Shown one piece after another: positions 55,163 through 64,000 of a DNA stretch of 64,000 bases. Source of the stretch: an uncultured delta proteobacterium (GTDB lineage: Bacteria; Myxococcota; UBA727; VGSZ01); assembly GCA_963775425.1 (NCBI GenBank), contig CAVZJB010000004.1, positions 320,001 through 384,000 on the forward strand, given 5' to 3'. Position 1 is the first letter of the stretch; each line of letters opens with the position of its first letter. A model generated the notes under the pieces. That model worked only from the letters and a program-made list of their open reading frames with translations. It made no database searches and was not told the DNA's origin. A program made the position numbers and the translations under genes.

Positions 55163-58032
55163 GGCGGTCCCTCGGAGAAGATCCAACGGAAGCCGAGGTA
55201 CGTCGTGACGGTGACGTGCGCGCCGATGAGCACCACCATGAAGATGGACACCACCACATGGATGACGAGCCAGCCGCGGAACACGCGCTTGAGCTTGCCG
55301 TAGAACGCGATCTGCATCTTGGCGCGCGCGACCTTCTCGACGGTGTCCTTGTAGAACTTGAAGGCGCCGTCGTCCTTGAAGAGGCCGCGAGCCTGGTCGA
55401 CGCTCTTGTTGACCTCCTTCTTCATCTTGCCGTCGCGCACGACCACACCGACGAGCGTGCGCTCACGCGGCGCCTCGGTGGCGCGATCGAAGATGCCCGT
55501 GACGCGGCCGTAGTCGGCGGACTCCGCCATGTGCGTGTGGATCACGCGCGTCATTTCGCCGACCTGCTCCCGCAGCTCGTTGACCTGCAACACCTTCCCA
55601 GCTTGCGCCGGTACGAAGCTGAAGAGGAATCGGCCGAAGATCCCTGTGCCCACGACGACGCTCAACGCCACCCACGTCCAAACAGCCAACAGGTTGTTCA
55701 CCAGGAACGCCGCGTGGAAGGCGATGACGAGGGGGCTCATGATCCCCACGAACATGTGGAGCGTGAGCCAGGTGCGGATGGAGGCCGTCCCCTTGAGGCG
55801 CTTCCAGCGCTTGCGGAGCGCATAGAGGAAATTCGCCATCATGAAGGTGGTGGCGCCCACGCCGACGCCGTGGCCCCACAGCCCCGACGGCTTGAGCAGC
55901 GAGTGCAGCGGCGACAGCGGCCGCAGCTCCACCGGAAGCCAGTAGTACTCCTGCCCGATCATCAGGAGGGCGACGATCATCGACAGCCCGAGCAGGAACA
56001 GCGTGAGCGCGAGCCGGCGCCGGGAGCGGGCCTCGATCTGTGCCTTGGAGGGCCCGCGGTTGCCGGGGCGCTCGCCGAAGCCGCTCTTCTCCTCGCCCAT
56101 GTACTTGCGGGTGCCGACGCCGACGCCGTTCAAGAACTCCGTGGGCAACTGACCGCCGATGCTGACGATGACCGCGTCGTTCTTGAGCTTGGTCTCGTCG
56201 CGCTTCAGACGCCCGCCGGTCTTCCCCGTGCGCGTCGACGAGGCCGGCTGCCCCATCATGGTCCGCGTGCGCTCCGCGGGCTGTTGCTGCATCTCCTTCA
56301 CGTCGGCCTGCGCCACGGACCGCACCGCGCTGGTCATCCGCGGGCGCTCCTGTCCCTTCTTGGCCCCGCCCTCGAGCGGCACCGCGCGGAAGGAGCCGGT
56401 GACGCTGCTCTTGTTGTAGGCCGCCTTCTTCTTGGTCTTGGTGACGTCGCGGTCGGCGCCCGCCGGCGGCACCGACGGCTGCCTCGCCTCGGGATCCTCC
56501 GCGACGGTCTTGGCCACCGCCGCGAGGCCCTCACCGGAGGACGGGAGCGCGCGCGCCCGGAACGACGCCGTGACGCTGCCCTTGTCGTAGGGCTTCTTCT
56601 TGGGCTCCTCCTGCTGCGCGGCCGCCGCCGCCGCGCGGCCGGGGCTGCCGAGCGGGTCGGTCACCTCGGCGTCGGGCTGTTCGCCCTCGCCGAGGTTCTC
56701 GCGGCGCGCCTCCTCCGCCAAGCGCAGCATCTTCTCGGCGGCGCGCAGCTTCTGCTCCTCGGCCTTGAGCCGCTCGAGCCGCTCGGTCTCCGCGCGCTCC
56801 TCGGCGTCCCTCTTCTTCTGCTCCTCGTCGCTGAGGACGGGGCCGAGGCGCACGATGGCGTCCTCGACGGAGAGCACGCGCGTCTTGAAGAGCGGCTTCA
56901 CGCGACCGTCGTCGATGAGGCGCTTGATCTTCTCTTTGTTTCGCTGCTTGCAGCGCGCGAACGCGCCGCGGCGGTAGGAGATGTGGACCTTGGCGGTGCT
57001 CTCCTCGGCGAGCTGGATCGCGGCCTCGACGGCGGAGTCGCCGCCGCCGACGACGAGCACGCGCTTGCCGTTGTACTGGTCGGGGTCGACGAGGCGGTAC
57101 ACCACCTTGGGCATGTCCTCGCCGGGGACGTCCAGCTTGCGCGGCGTGCCGCGCAGCCCGATGGCGAGCACCACCGCGCGGCACTGCACGATGGCCTCGC
57201 TCTGCGTGGTGACCGTGAACAGCGGGGCCTTCCCCTCGATACCGACGACCTTCTGCCCCTCCTCGATGGTCACGCCGTTGGTGTCCACGAGGCGGCGCAT
57301 CTCCGCGAGCAGCTCCTCTTTGCTCAACAGCGGCGCGCCGAAGCGGCCGTAGCCGGGCATCTCGATCTGCTCGGTCATCACCACCTTGCCGCGCGGGTAG
57401 TGGGCGATGCAGCCGCCGAGGCTGTCCTGCTCGAGGATGCGCACGTCGAGGCCGCCCTGGCGGCAGGCGATGGCGCAGGCGACGCCGGCGGGGCCGCCGC
57501 CGACGACGACGACGTCGGTGAGCGTCTCGGTGGCCTCGCTGCGCTTCAAGCGATCCTTCAGGACCTTGCCGACGACGAGGCCCTGGCGCAGGGCGTTCTT
57601 GATGAGGCCCATGCCGCCGAGCTCGCCGATGATGTAGACGCCGGCGCGGCTGGACTCGAAGGAGTCGTCGGCCTTGGGCAGATCGATGCCCATCTCGGCG
57701 GTGCCGAACACGAGCTTGATGGCCCCGACGGGGCACTCCACCGCGCAGCGGCCGTGGCCGATGCAGTGCGCCGCCTCCACGAGCGCCGCGACGCCGTCGA
57801 CGACGCCGATGATCTCACCCTCGGGGCACGCCTGCGTGCACGAGAAGCTGCCCACGCACAGCACGGGATCGATCACCGGGTGCAGCGAGAGGGGCACCGT
57901 CTGCCCCTCGGCGATGGCGAGCTTGAGCTTCTCCGCGCCGCGCGCCTCGGCGCGCTTGCGCCGAAGCAACATCACCGCCATCGCCGTCACGAGGACGACG
58001 CCGACGACGAGGGAGAGCATGGCGGTGGCCAT
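55159..58032 (-). CDS. Membrane-anchored ferredoxin - NAD(P)/FAD oxidoreductase - His-rich membrane domain fusion
   Basis: N-terminal TM; CVGSFSCTQACP and CIGHGRCAVECP; VVGGGPAG; VVGGGDSA.E; SYRR; C-terminal TMs with several His. Confidence 0.9.
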   Translation of the reverse strand: MATAMLSLVVGVVLVTAMAVMLLRRKRAEARGAEKLKLAIAEGQTVPLSLHPVIDPVLCVGSFSCTQACPEGEIIGVVDGVAALVEAAHCIGHGRCAVECPVGAIKLVFGTAEMGIDLPKADDSFESSRAGVYIIGELGGMGLIKNALRQGLVVGKVLKDRLKRSEATETLTDVVVVGGGPAGVACAIACRQGGLDVRILEQDSLGGCIAHYPRGKVVMTEQIEMPGYGRFGAPLLSKEELLAEMRRLVDTNGVTIEEGQKVVGIEGKAPLFTVTTQSEAIVQCRAVVLAIGLRGTPRKLDVPGEDMPKVVYRLVDPDQYNGKRVLVVGGGDSAVEAAIQLAEESTAKVHISYRRGAFARCKQRNKEKIKRLIDDGRVKPLFKTRVLSVEDAIVRLGPVLSDEEQKKRDAEERAETERLERLKAEEQKLRAAEKMLRLAEEARRENLGEGEQPDAEVTDPLGSPGRAAAAAAQQEEPKKKPYDKGSVTASFRARALPSSGEGLAAVAKTVAEDPEARQPSVPPAGADRDVTKTKKKAAYNKSSVTGSFRAVPLEGGAKKGQERPRMTSAVRSVAQADVKEMQQQPAERTRTMMGQPASSTRTGKTGGRLKRDETKLKNDAVIVSIGGQLPTEFLNGVGVGTRKYMGEEKSGFGERPGNRGPSKAQIEARSRRRLALTLFLLGLSMIVALLMIGQEYYWLPVELRPLSPLHSLLKPSGLWGHGVGVGATTFMMANFLYALRKRWKRLKGTASIRTWLTLHMFVGIMSPLVIAFHAAFLVNNLLAVWTWVALSVVVGTGIFGRFLFSFVPAQAGKVLQVNELREQVGEMTRVIHTHMAESADYGRVTGIFDRATEAPRERTLVGVVVRDGKMKKEVNKSVDQARGLFKDDGAFKFYKDTVEKVARAKMQIAFYGKLKRVFRGWLVIHVVVSIFMVVLIGAHVTVTTYLGFRWIFSEGPP

Positions 58033-58047
58033 CGAATGCGCAGGATG

Positions 58048-59682
58048 TCAGAGCGTGCCGGTCACGCCCAGATCGGCCGTCAGGAGGCTTGGCGCCGAGC
58101 GCACCGTTCCGTCGGCCGCCGGCAGCGCCTGTTGAAGGTATGCGCGCCCGCGCAGGGAGAGCCAGGGGAGCACGGGAGCGTCGAGGATGGTCATCAGGGC
58201 AGCTTCGCGGTAGTCGTCGCCGAGGGCGGCGTTCTCGAAATAGGACGTGCGCACCAAAACGTCGAGCATGGGGAAGGGGACGAGCTTGGCGGACACCCAG
58301 GCCGAGCGCCCCGCGGGGAAGCCCAGCTCCTCGAGGTAACCGAGGGAGAGGCCCCCGAAGTCGCCGAGCGCCTTGGGCAGCTCCACCTGCGGCCCGAGGT
58401 AGACGCGCAGGGCGTCGGCGGCCACGTCGTAGCCGGCGCCGGAGACGACGCCGAGGGAGACGGCGGGGCCGAGATCGTACGACGCGTCGAGGTTGAAGTG
58501 GTGGGCCGTGTTCTCCGGGTTGAGGGCCACCTTCAGCGTGTCGAAGTCGATGGCGGGCGCGGCCAGGTAGCGGTAGCCGGCGCTGACGTGGACGGGATCG
58601 AACGCCGTGAGCTCCGCCTCGAAGCGGACGCCGTCGAGGCTCGCGGCGAGCTTGTCCGCCGCCGTCACCACCCGGGCCTCGGCGCCGAGGCTGCCGACGT
58701 TCGCCCAGAACATCTCGGCCTGCGCCTCGAGCTCGCCGCGGGCGGCGGCGAAGTCGGGCGTGGCCACCACGGCCGCGCGGGCGCGCGGGATCACGACGAC
58801 GCCGTCGAGCGGCGCGAGGTTCATGCCGAAGTAGAGGCCGGCGGTGATGCGATCGAGGCTCGGCGCGATGGTGATCAAGTCGGGGATGGTGCCGGCGTAG
58901 ACGCCGGCCTCCCCGGTGTCGAGGAAGCGCGCCCCCACCTGCGCGCCGTCGAGGAGCGTGACGCCCGGCGCCATCACCGGCCGAAAGCGGCCGACCTCGC
59001 CGACGATGCCGCCGTCGTCGACGCCGACGGCGGCGTCCCACACGTACAGCTCGACCAGCTCCCCCGGCCGGCCGCGCTGCGCCGTGGGCGCGACGAGATC
59101 GGACACCACGCGAAACGCGCTCGACGCGAACAGGGGGAAGCCGCCGGCGGTGAAGTGCGTGCGCACGCCGCCGTCGATGGAGGTGCGGCCGAAGACGTCC
59201 GGGGTGGTGCTGAGCGCCCAGACCTGCTCCTTGAGCGTGGCTCGCGCGCGGGTGGACATGAGGACGTCGGTGACGACGCCCTCCTTCTTCTTCACGTGCG
59301 GCAGCGGCGCGGCTTCGACGGCTTTTCTGAGCGAGCGCATCTGCCCGGGCGTCAGCGGCGTGTCCCGCTGCTGCTTCTTGTCCGGCTTGTGCTCCTCCGC
59401 GGGCGCCTCCGCCCGCACGAAGACGACGTGATCCCCGGGGACGACCTTGTCGCTGTCGCAGCGGCCGCGGGTGGCGCTCACCTCGACGACCTCGCAGGTA
59501 GCCACCTGCCGCCGGCGGCGGAACACCTTCACCTTGGCGCCGACGGCGAGGCCGTCGTCGCTGCCGACGTCGAGGTACCCCTGCTTCGCGGTGGTGTAGG
59601 TGACGGACCCGCCACCGCTCACGCCCGCGGCGATCGAGAGGGCGAAGGCGACGGCAGAGAGGGAAGAGACGGCGACGATCAC
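58048..59682 (-). CDS. Putative outer-membrane beta-barrel protein
   Basis: Signal-like N-terminus, many amphipathic strands, C-terminus ...ADLGVTGTL; GTGA overlap with upstream stop. Confidence 0.6.
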   Translation of the reverse strand: MIVAVSSLSAVAFALSIAAGVSGGGSVTYTTAKQGYLDVGSDDGLAVGAKVKVFRRRRQVATCEVVEVSATRGRCDSDKVVPGDHVVFVRAEAPAEEHKPDKKQQRDTPLTPGQMRSLRKAVEAAPLPHVKKKEGVVTDVLMSTRARATLKEQVWALSTTPDVFGRTSIDGGVRTHFTAGGFPLFASSAFRVVSDLVAPTAQRGRPGELVELYVWDAAVGVDDGGIVGEVGRFRPVMAPGVTLLDGAQVGARFLDTGEAGVYAGTIPDLITIAPSLDRITAGLYFGMNLAPLDGVVVIPRARAAVVATPDFAAARGELEAQAEMFWANVGSLGAEARVVTAADKLAASLDGVRFEAELTAFDPVHVSAGYRYLAAPAIDFDTLKVALNPENTAHHFNLDASYDLGPAVSLGVVSGAGYDVAADALRVYLGPQVELPKALGDFGGLSLGYLEELGFPAGRSAWVSAKLVPFPMLDVLVRTSYFENAALGDDYREAALMTILDAPVLPWLSLRGRAYLQQALPAADGTVRSAPSLLTADLGVTGTL

Positions 59683-60572
59683 GGCGGGGGCGTGAGACAG
59701 GGGCCTTGGTTGCCGACGGTGCAGTCGGGACCGTGGGTGTGGCAGCCGGTGCAATGCGCCACGCCCCACTCGATGGCCCAGTCCTGCGGCTCGTCACGGT
59801 AGGTGTCGTGGCACTGGAAGCAGGTGGCGGAGCACTGCGGGCAGTCGCCGACGTGATGATCGGGATCGAAGCGCGTGAGGTGGTTGCTGAGCGGGTGCAT
59901 CACCGAGTCGATGGGGGTGTCCGCGTGGCACTCCTTGCAGCTCGGCGAGTCCTCGAGCGCCGGCGCGCCCGTGGGCAGGAAGGTGCGTTGGATGGCGGGC
60001 GAGCCCGAGTGCGCGGTCTCGATGTCGACGGGATCGCGCGCGTGGCACTCGGCGCACAGGTTCTGGGTGCGGTCGTCGACGTCCGCGTGGCAGGCGGTGC
60101 AGGAGTCCACGCCGCGGTCGACGCGGGCGGCGTACACGGTGCCGCCATGCACGTCGGTGGGGTTGATGGGGAAGAACTGCTGGCTGTGGAGATCGACGCC
60201 GATCTGATCGCCCTTCACGCCGGTGGGGTGGCAGGAAAAGCAGCTCGTGTCCTGTTGGATGAAGCCGGCGACGACGGCGTGCACCGTGCTCAAGGGCCGA
60301 TCATCGTCGGCGTGGCAGATGATGCACTGGGGGGTGGCGAAGGTGCCCGCCCCCTTGTGGCAGGAGTCGCACGAGATCGCGGCGCCGTCCTGCGCGGGGG
60401 AGCCGATCTGGTGCGTGGCGGCGTCGCCGCTGATGGGGAAGTACGCGGCGGTGTGCTCCTCGGGGGTGACGCCGAGCTGGAGCTTGGGATCGCCGTCGCA
60501 GCCGGCGGCGGCGGCGGCGGCGGCGCACATGATCACGGGGAGCAGGACGGAGGCGCGCACGACACGCAGCAT
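59679..60572 (-). CDS. Multiheme c-type cytochrome lipoprotein (8 CxxCH)
   Basis: AAGC lipobox; CDSCH, CIICH, CFSCH, CTACH, CAECH, CKECH, CFQCH, CTGCH plus an extra CPQC. Confidence 0.9.
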   Translation of the reverse strand: MLRVVRASVLLPVIMCAAAAAAAGCDGDPKLQLGVTPEEHTAAYFPISGDAATHQIGSPAQDGAAISCDSCHKGAGTFATPQCIICHADDDRPLSTVHAVVAGFIQQDTSCFSCHPTGVKGDQIGVDLHSQQFFPINPTDVHGGTVYAARVDRGVDSCTACHADVDDRTQNLCAECHARDPVDIETAHSGSPAIQRTFLPTGAPALEDSPSCKECHADTPIDSVMHPLSNHLTRFDPDHHVGDCPQCSATCFQCHDTYRDEPQDWAIEWGVAHCTGCHTHGPDCTVGNQGPCLTPPP

Positions 60573-60695
60573 ACGACGCCCGTTGCTCGGCTGCTGCCGG
60601 GCGAGGGGCGCACTCCGCACTTCGACCGAGGTGTCCCCGCCGGTGGACCGCGGACGCATTCGTCCCGCGCCCCGCGATCTGCTAAAGAGAGCGGC

Positions 60696-62216
60696 ATGCG
60701 CATCCTCCCGTTCTTCTTCGTGCTCGCGTTCTCGACGACAGCGGCTGCGAACAACATCGGCATCTTCGGCAAGTCCGGCCGCGACACGGACAGCGGCACC
60801 TGCACCCAGTGCCACAACGTCGACGGGATCGACGCCACCGTCCTCAACACACCCGCCCCCACCATCACCGTGGACGGGCTCGATGGGCCGTTCTTCGCCG
60901 GTGGCACGGCCGACATCACCATTACGGTGAAGACCAACGATCCGAGCGGCGGCATCGCCGAGGCCAACTGCCCCGTGCGCTGCGCGGGCTTCGGCGCCGC
61001 CGTGGACAAGGGGGCCGGGTTCTTCATCGTGCCTGACGGCTCCCCCGTGCAGGTGAACGGCACCCGCGACGAGGTCGCGCACATCGCCAAGCAGCAGTTC
61101 GTCGACGGCGCCGTCAGCTACCATGTCCTCCTCGGCGGCCTCGCCGTCGGGGACCACACGCTCTTCGTGGCCGGCAACGACGTCGACGGGCAGATCCAGC
61201 TCGGCGATCGGGTCGCGTCCGCCACGTTCCCCTTCACCGTGGACGAGTCGTCGCCGCCGCCGCCGCAGGACGGTGGCTGCGCGCAGACCGGCGGCGACGT
61301 GCCGGCGCTCGGGGCGCTCTTCCTGCTGGCGCTCCTCGCGCTGCGCCGCCGCTCCGCCGGCGCCACGAGCGCCGCGCTCGTCGCCGGCGCGTGTCTCGTG
61401 CTCTCGGGCAACGCGCAGGCGGCCAACCCGCGCAACAGCCAGGACAACTGTCCATCGGCGGTGCCCGGCGCCACCACGGCGGTGAAGGACGTCGACGGCG
61501 GCGTCGAGCTCACGGTCACGGGCAGCGGCCACGCCACCAACAAGATCCGCAAGCGCGCCAGGTCCATCGCCGCGGCGAGCAAGCGCCAGCCCAAGGCCAC
61601 CAAGCACAACGGCCGGGGCGACGGCGGCGGCCGCACCGGGCGCTGTCCGGTGGTGATGGTCAAGTCTTCCGTCGTCGCCAAGAACGTCGACGGCGGCGCG
61701 CTGCTCACGGTCAAGGCCGACAACGCCGCCGACGTCGACTGGCTGCGCAAGGAGACGCGCGCGCGCCTCGAGGAGCAGACCGCGGCGTCCGCCGGCCACG
61801 GCAAGATGCTGCACTGCCCGAGCGCGCTCGACGGCGCGGCCACGCAGGTCACGGACACCAAGGACGGCGTCGTCGTGACGGTCACCGGTCCCGAGAAGGA
61901 CATTCGCGCGCGCACCAAGGACCTCATCGAGGCAGCGTCCAAGGCGGACGAGAGCGCCATGGGCCACGGCGGCAACGGCCAGGGCGGCGGCAGCTTCGGG
62001 CGCTGCCCCGTCGTCGTCACCGACACCAAGCTGTCCGCCGCGGACGTGCCCGGCGGCTCGAAGATCACCGTCGCGGCCAAGGCGCCGGCGGGGGTCGCCG
62101 CGCTCCAGAAAGAGGCCCACGCGCGCGCGGAGCGCTTCCCTGCTCCCGCCGCCGCAGCACCGGAGAAGCCCGCGCCCGAAAACGCGCCGGCCACGCCCGC
62201 GCCGCATGCGAAGTAG
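60696..62216 (+). CDS. Exported CxxCH/Reeler-like domain + internal MYXO-CTERM + duplicated Cys/His domain
   Basis: Signal peptide, CTQCH, GGCAQ...LLALLALRRR mid-protein, two CPSA...H...GRCPVV repeats. Confidence 0.75.
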   Translation: MRILPFFFVLAFSTTAAANNIGIFGKSGRDTDSGTCTQCHNVDGIDATVLNTPAPTITVDGLDGPFFAGGTADITITVKTNDPSGGIAEANCPVRCAGFGAAVDKGAGFFIVPDGSPVQVNGTRDEVAHIAKQQFVDGAVSYHVLLGGLAVGDHTLFVAGNDVDGQIQLGDRVASATFPFTVDESSPPPPQDGGCAQTGGDVPALGALFLLALLALRRRSAGATSAALVAGACLVLSGNAQAANPRNSQDNCPSAVPGATTAVKDVDGGVELTVTGSGHATNKIRKRARSIAAASKRQPKATKHNGRGDGGGRTGRCPVVMVKSSVVAKNVDGGALLTVKADNAADVDWLRKETRARLEEQTAASAGHGKMLHCPSALDGAATQVTDTKDGVVVTVTGPEKDIRARTKDLIEAASKADESAMGHGGNGQGGGSFGRCPVVVTDTKLSAADVPGGSKITVAAKAPAGVAALQKEAHARAERFPAPAAAAPEKPAPENAPATPAPHAK

Positions 62217-63222
62217 CCCGTTCTTCGCCGCAGGGGCCCTCGCCGCCGCGGTCCTCGTCGCAGGCTGTCACGAGGCGAGCGCGCCCGCCGCGCCCGCCAC
62301 GCCCGCCAACGTGTCCGCCGACGCCGGGCCGGCGCGCGGCCACGCCGTCATCGCGCCGCGCGCGGGCGGCGGCGGCCGCGGCAAGCGCGGCGGCGGCGGC
62401 GGCGGGAACGGCGCCGGCGGCGGCGTGGGCGGCCCCAAGCGGCGCTTCCGCACGCCGTTCGTGTACGCCGACGGCGTCCCCCTGGGGGCCATGCGCTTCG
62501 GCGAGCTGCCGGCGCGGCTCGAGACCACCTGGCTCCCCGTCGACGGCCTCGACAAGGGCGTGCGGCGCTTCGTGCTGATCGACTACTTCGCCGCCCTCGG
62601 CATCGACGTGAAGAAGATCAAGACGGTGCACCTGTACAGCGGCCGCAGCCGCGTGTCCGTCGTCGACGGAGACGCGCTGCGCCGGGAGAAGGGCGCGGAG
62701 CGCACGCTCTTCCAGTTCACCCAGAGCAACCGCGGCAAGGTGCAGATGCGCTGGCCCGATCACACGACCACCACGGATCGCATCGACAAGGTCAACGACG
62801 TCGCCGTCTATCTCGACAAGAAGCCGCCGGAGATCACCCACGAGGGGCCGGTCCTCGACGGCAAAGAGCTCGACGAGATCCCCTACGTCACCACGGACGT
62901 GCAGGGCGGCACCCACGTCACCGTCGACGGGACGCTGCGCGCCTTCGTGCGCCCGCGTGATCTCGACGCCTCGAAGGGGCCCGTCTCCCTGCTCGAAGTG
63001 ATCTCTGAAAAAGGCATTTCCACCGCTGAATTGAAGGCCGCAGATCTGATCGACGGCGACGAGCTCGTCCGTCGGTTGACGGTGGGGCAGTTGCCGTCGC
63101 TGAGGGTGACTGCCCCAGGCGGCGGCAACGGCGGCGTCCTGCAAACCTCTCCAGATGCTCGAAATATCACAGCAATTCTCCTCTACCTCCACGCCACGCC
63201 GCCCGATTGGGCAAGCCGCTGA
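62206..63222 (+). CDS. Hypothetical lipoprotein
   Basis: LVAGC lipobox, Gly-rich linker, globular remainder; overlaps upstream stop. Confidence 0.7.
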   Translation: MRSSPFFAAGALAAAVLVAGCHEASAPAAPATPANVSADAGPARGHAVIAPRAGGGGRGKRGGGGGGNGAGGGVGGPKRRFRTPFVYADGVPLGAMRFGELPARLETTWLPVDGLDKGVRRFVLIDYFAALGIDVKKIKTVHLYSGRSRVSVVDGDALRREKGAERTLFQFTQSNRGKVQMRWPDHTTTTDRIDKVNDVAVYLDKKPPEITHEGPVLDGKELDEIPYVTTDVQGGTHVTVDGTLRAFVRPRDLDASKGPVSLLEVISEKGISTAELKAADLIDGDELVRRLTVGQLPSLRVTAPGGGNGGVLQTSPDARNITAILLYLHATPPDWASR

Positions 63223-63230
63223 CCGCCATG

Positions 63231-63246
63231 TGGCAGCTCGATGGCA
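63231..63246 (+). promoter_or_regulatory. Possible sigma-54 -24/-12 element
   Basis: TGGCAG-CTCGA-TGGC has GG-N10-GC spacing about 90 bp upstream of the next ATG; imperfect match to TGGCAC-N5-TTGC. Confidence 0.25.
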
Positions 63247-63333
63247 TGTGCGTGGACGTCCCATCCGTGCAGTGCCCGAGGCGCGCTGTGCGGGACTCCA
63301 CGGATACTGCCTCTCGGTCCCCCGGAGAAACAC

Positions 63334-64000
63334 ATGAACCACAATCGCAAACTCTCAGTGCTCTTCGGGGTCGCAGCGGCCCTGCTCCTCGCCACCACCG
63401 CGACGGCTCAGGTGCAACGCGCACCTGTCTCCGTCCGGCTCACGAACGGTCTCGATGCGGGCCCTTCGGGTGACAACACCGGACCGGGCGCCGAACAAGC
63501 GACCCTCGTGCAGTCCGTCGTCGACGGCCACCACTACATCACCACGGTCTGGATGTCGTCGCAGGTCGGCAACGGTGACCGTCCCTACCAGTGCAAGTGC
63601 GCCACCACCGAGCTCGACCCGCTGCAGGGTCCCCGCACCGTCGCGGGCCCCACGCAGATCACCGCCCTCAACGGCGATCGTCCGTGCAACCACCCGCACA
63701 TGGACATCAACCCGCTCACCAACCAGATCCTGTTGAGCTACGGCAGCACCAACGGCAGCAACAACGTGCAGCCGTATGTCCAGGGTCTCGACGTCATGTG
63801 CAACGTGACGACGAACAAGATCCGCATCGGCAACAACAACGGCAACGACGGCGCGCCGTGGGTCCAGGTGGTGAACCCCGCCACGGGCCTGTTCCAGGTC
63901 GGCTACCTGGAGAACAACCAGCGTTCGCGCGCGGTCGGCGTCAGCCTCCCCGCGGGCGCCACCGCGCTCACCCGCGGCAACGACGGCAACCACAGCGTCG
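63334..64000 (+). CDS. Secreted hypothetical protein (partial, runs off window)
   Basis: Own translation MNHNRKLSVLFGVAAALLLATTATAQVQ...; GGAG RBS; open to end of window. Confidence 0.75.
   Translation, partial: MNHNRKLSVLFGVAAALLLATTATAQVQRAPVSVRLTNGLDAGPSGDNTGPGAEQATLVQSVVDGHHYITTVWMSSQVGNGDRPYQCKCATTELDPLQGPRTVAGPTQITALNGDRPCNHPHMDINPLTNQILLSYGSTNGSNNVQPYVQGLDVMCNVTTNKIRIGNNNGNDGAPWVQVVNPATGLFQVGYLENNQRSRAVGVSLPAGATALTRGNDGNHSV

Noticed and set aside
55216-59802. 1528-aa plus-strand ORF and similar long ORFs (e.g. 346-2709, 13337-16237, 31504-34422)
   Set aside because: Antisense or alternate-frame shadows of motif-supported genes in high-GC DNA; Arg/Ala-rich with no family motifs.

Overview
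Very GC-rich (roughly 70-75% by eye), gene-dense chromosomal window with a Myxococcota-like signature: MYXO-CTERM sorting motif, Myxococcus cysteine-rich repeat, PEGA, DUF4388, many FHA proteins and DAG linkers. I see no rRNA, tRNA, CRISPR array, transposase or phage gene. Most long ORFs in the track are GC shadows; about 53 real CDS are supported. Main blocks: (i) nucleoside salvage/catabolism (pdp, punA, deoC with an unusual N-terminal extension) next to a signal-peptide-bearing DUF151 nuclease; (ii) peptidoglycan turnover (dacB, SLT/LysM, TonB-C-like protein; divergent peptide-type ABC importer plus nagZ); (iii) TPR/FHA/DUF4388 genes converging on an operon of two paralogous half-TolC-like proteins (one fused to a ComEA helix-hairpin-helix DNA-binding domain), a lamin-tail lipoprotein, ruvCAB and an Ate/Bpt transferase, with a divergent ComEC-like MBL lipoprotein; (iv) ilvE, patatin, REC-DUF4388-J-TPR, ECF sigma/anti-sigma, glnE; (v) a tightly coupled operon of 8-heme lipoprotein, beta-barrel, FeS-flavoprotein-membrane fusion and 30-heme cytochrome. 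The best candidates for undescribed systems are the half-TolC/ComEA locus, the trans-envelope multiheme conduit and an ORF with an internal MYXO-CTERM followed by a second signal peptide. All family calls come from motif recognition, not database searches, and several start codons are my estimates.
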